Shown here piece after piece: positions 51,475 to 53,751 of a stretch of DNA of 53,751 nucleotides (its first letter is position 1; every line of letters starts with the position of its first letter). Made by a program: the position numbers and the translations under genes. Source of the stretch: Alphaproteobacteria bacterium (GTDB lineage: Bacteria; Pseudomonadota; Alphaproteobacteria; CAAHEQ01; UBA3637); contig JAFTEW010000038.1 of assembly GCA_017453485.1 (NCBI GenBank), positions 1 to 53,751 of the forward strand, given 5' to 3'. The notes beneath the pieces are model-generated. The model was not told where the DNA came from, did not search any database, and was given only the letters and a program-made list of their open reading frames with translations.

Positions 51475-51891
51475 ATGTCTGATGATAATCAGGTAAAAGA
51501 AAATAACATTGTTCTACCGGAAGCGGATATGCCGGATATGGATTTTGCATTCAAAGTCACCGTGGGAGAAACATTGAAAGAAGGAAAAAGCAAAGCATCA
51601 AAAGACGATATTATCATTGCTTTAAAAGCCGTTCAAGACCCTGAATTAATGTTAAATGTTTATGAACTGGGGCTGATTTACGATATTCGCCAGGAAGAAA
51701 ACGGTGATGTTTACGTGTTGATGACTTTAACTTCTCCGACCTGTCCGATGGCTGGTGAAATGCCCGGTATTGTTGCCAATGCGGTTTCATCTGTTCCTGG
51801 GACAGGTATCGTGACCGTTGAATTGACCTTTGATCCACCATGGACAACCGATCGGTTAAGCGATGATATTAAACTAATGATGGGTATTTAA
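51475..51891 (+). CDS. sufT: DUF59 / SufT-type Fe-S assembly protein
   Basis: V.DPEL..NVYELGLIY, MTLTSPTCP, FDPPW. Confidence 0.88.
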   Translation: MSDDNQVKENNIVLPEADMPDMDFAFKVTVGETLKEGKSKASKDDIIIALKAVQDPELMLNVYELGLIYDIRQEENGDVYVLMTLTSPTCPMAGEMPGIVANAVSSVPGTGIVTVELTFDPPWTTDRLSDDIKLMMGI

Positions 51892-51910
51892 AACATATAT
51901 TTCTTTCGGC

Positions 51911-51939
51911 TTGACTTTCCGATGAAATTTTCATACAAT
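51911..51939 (+). promoter_or_regulatory. Putative sigma70 promoter of recJ
   Basis: TTGACT, 17-nt spacer, TACAAT. Confidence 0.6.
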
Positions 51940-51968
51940 CCTTAATTAAATGTTTTAAAGGATAGGTT

Positions 51969-53732
51969 ATGTCTATTTTAAACGGAGAAAAATCGTTCGG
52001 TGGATTTGATTGGCTGTTGGCGGCAAGGGATGAACGCCTAACTCAATTATTATCACAACGTTTCGGACTGTCTGATTTGGTAGCCGGAATTTTAGCAGCC
52101 CGAGGTATTGATGAGAATTCTGCCGAATCATTTTTAAATCCGACATTAAAACAGGATTTGCCGAATCCTATAACCTTGATTGATATGGAAAAAGCCGCCA
52201 ATCGTATGGCCGATTCTATCATAAATGGAGAGCCAATCGGATTGATGGGTGATTATGATGTGGACGGAGCAACATCAACAGCATTACTTAAAATGTTTTT
52301 GGAAGAACTTGGTATTCGTGTCCATACGTTTATTCCTGAGCGGGAAGACGGTTATGGCCCGAACGCGCATAAAATGCAAGAATTTTATGATGCCGGTTGT
52401 CGGGTTGTGGCAACTCTTGATTGCGGAACAACAGCTTTTGAACCGATTGAGGTCGGCAAAAATTTAGGATTAGACATTATTATTTTAGATCATCATGATG
52501 CCGAAAAGACTTTACCGGATGCTTATGCTGTTGTTAATCCGAAACGGTTGGATGAAGATATAAATCATCCGTGTCGGTATATGGCAGCCGTTGGGGTCGT
52601 GTTTTTGTTTACCGTTGCTCTGAATACAGTTTTGAGAAATAGAGGGTTCTACCAATCGGAACGTCATGAACCGAATTTGATCCGTTTTTTGGATTTGGTC
52701 GCCTTTGGGACTGTTTGTGATGTCATGAAATTACAGGGTGTTAATCGGTTGTTTGTCAAGGCCGGTTTAAAACAAATGGCGCGCGGTGAAAATAAGGGAT
52801 TGGTCGCTCTCTCCACGTTGCTCGGGTTGGAAGAGCCGCCCACAACATATCATTTAGGATATGTGTTTGGACCACGGGTAAATGCATGTGGCCGGGTCGG
52901 ACGATCCGACTTGGGGATGCAACTTTTGTCGTGTCAGGATAATATTAAAGCTGCTGCTTTGGCACAACAACTGAATGATTTAAATTTAATGCGTCGGGAT
53001 ATCGAATCAACAGTTTTATTAGAGGCGATAGAGCAATCTGAAAAGAAAGCCAGTGAAGATGCCTTTGTGTTTGTTAAGGGGGAAAATTGGCATCAAGGTG
53101 TTATCGGTATCGTTGCCGGCCGTTTAAAAGATAGATATAATTTACCTGTTTTTGCATTGAGTCTTGAGGGAGACGAGGTAAAAGGATCTTCCCGCTCTGT
53201 TCAGGGAATTGATTTGGGAACACTGGTTATGAATGCTTTAGAAAAGGGGCTTTTAACTCGCGGTGGCGGACATCCGATGGCGGCTGGTTTTTCTCTTAAA
53301 AAAGAAAAGGTGGATGCTTTTTACCGCTATTTACAACAAGAAATCACGTTTGATAAGTTAAAAAACAATGTTTCAACATTAACGGTTGACGGGGCTTTGG
53401 ATATCGGAGGTATCACGCCTGCTTTGGTACGACAATTAAATTTGTTGGCTCCGTTTGGGGAAGCCAATCCTGAACCAAAATTTATAATTAAAAATGTAAT
53501 GGTTCGATATTGTAAATTATTAAATAACGGGCATATTGCCTGCACATTGGCCAATCAGGCTGGCCAATCAATTCGGGCTATTGCTTTTCGGGCGGCAGAT
53601 ACGGAAATCGGTCATCAATTATTAACATCCGGGGACAGGTTGTTTCATGTCCTGGGTGTTTTGAAACAAGACACCTGGCGGGGACAGGATAAAGTCCAAA
53701 TTCAAATTCAAGATATGGCTAATGCTTTGTAA
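51969..53732 (+). CDS. recJ: Single-stranded-DNA-specific exonuclease RecJ
   Basis: GDYDVDG, DCG, DHH, GPRVNA.GR, WHQGVIGIVA, GS.RS, GGGH.MAAG, PFG..NPEP. Confidence 0.97.
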   Translation: MSILNGEKSFGGFDWLLAARDERLTQLLSQRFGLSDLVAGILAARGIDENSAESFLNPTLKQDLPNPITLIDMEKAANRMADSIINGEPIGLMGDYDVDGATSTALLKMFLEELGIRVHTFIPEREDGYGPNAHKMQEFYDAGCRVVATLDCGTTAFEPIEVGKNLGLDIIILDHHDAEKTLPDAYAVVNPKRLDEDINHPCRYMAAVGVVFLFTVALNTVLRNRGFYQSERHEPNLIRFLDLVAFGTVCDVMKLQGVNRLFVKAGLKQMARGENKGLVALSTLLGLEEPPTTYHLGYVFGPRVNACGRVGRSDLGMQLLSCQDNIKAAALAQQLNDLNLMRRDIESTVLLEAIEQSEKKASEDAFVFVKGENWHQGVIGIVAGRLKDRYNLPVFALSLEGDEVKGSSRSVQGIDLGTLVMNALEKGLLTRGGGHPMAAGFSLKKEKVDAFYRYLQQEITFDKLKNNVSTLTVDGALDIGGITPALVRQLNLLAPFGEANPEPKFIIKNVMVRYCKLLNNGHIACTLANQAGQSIRAIAFRAADTEIGHQLLTSGDRLFHVLGVLKQDTWRGQDKVQIQIQDMANAL

Positions 53733-53751
53733 TTTATGATAAATTTATAAA

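Overview
This is a gene-dense chromosomal segment of an alphaproteobacterium. The taxon is inferred from the gene orders tpiA-secG-kdsA-eno, mrcA-prfB, SPOR-nagZ, hpf-ptsN, birA-rnj and hprK-EIIA-HPr; the compaction, lower GC and gut-type imported genes suggest a host-associated, RF32/Rhodospirillales-like lineage. It holds about 57 CDS, mostly housekeeping (lysS, serS, prfB with a +1 frameshift, prfC, infA, uvrB, recJ, murA, fabD, pyk, a suf operon), and one tRNA-Arg(CCT). I see no prophage, IS element, integrase or CRISPR array. I cannot demonstrate a complete new multi-gene system. The best leads are: (i) a CGTC/TGTC-type palindromic repeat family at two loci, with a conserved linker and one copy carrying a ~60-nt loop insert; (ii) an orphan protein with a perfect promoter and an Arg-rich, T4SS-signal-like C-terminus; (iii) two unannotated paralogous ~110-aa proteins 11 kb apart; (iv) a stand-alone two-repeat YD/RHS-like microprotein; (v) several intact ORFs that have lost catalytic residues (transglutaminase-like, half GT4, WecA-like, GGDEF); (vi) a MazG-like gene inside the suf operon; (vii) a Clostridia-like serS at the native alphaproteobacterial position; and (viii) a 55-aa ORF before murA that the ORF track missed. 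All family assignments come from motif recognition by eye, not from database searches.
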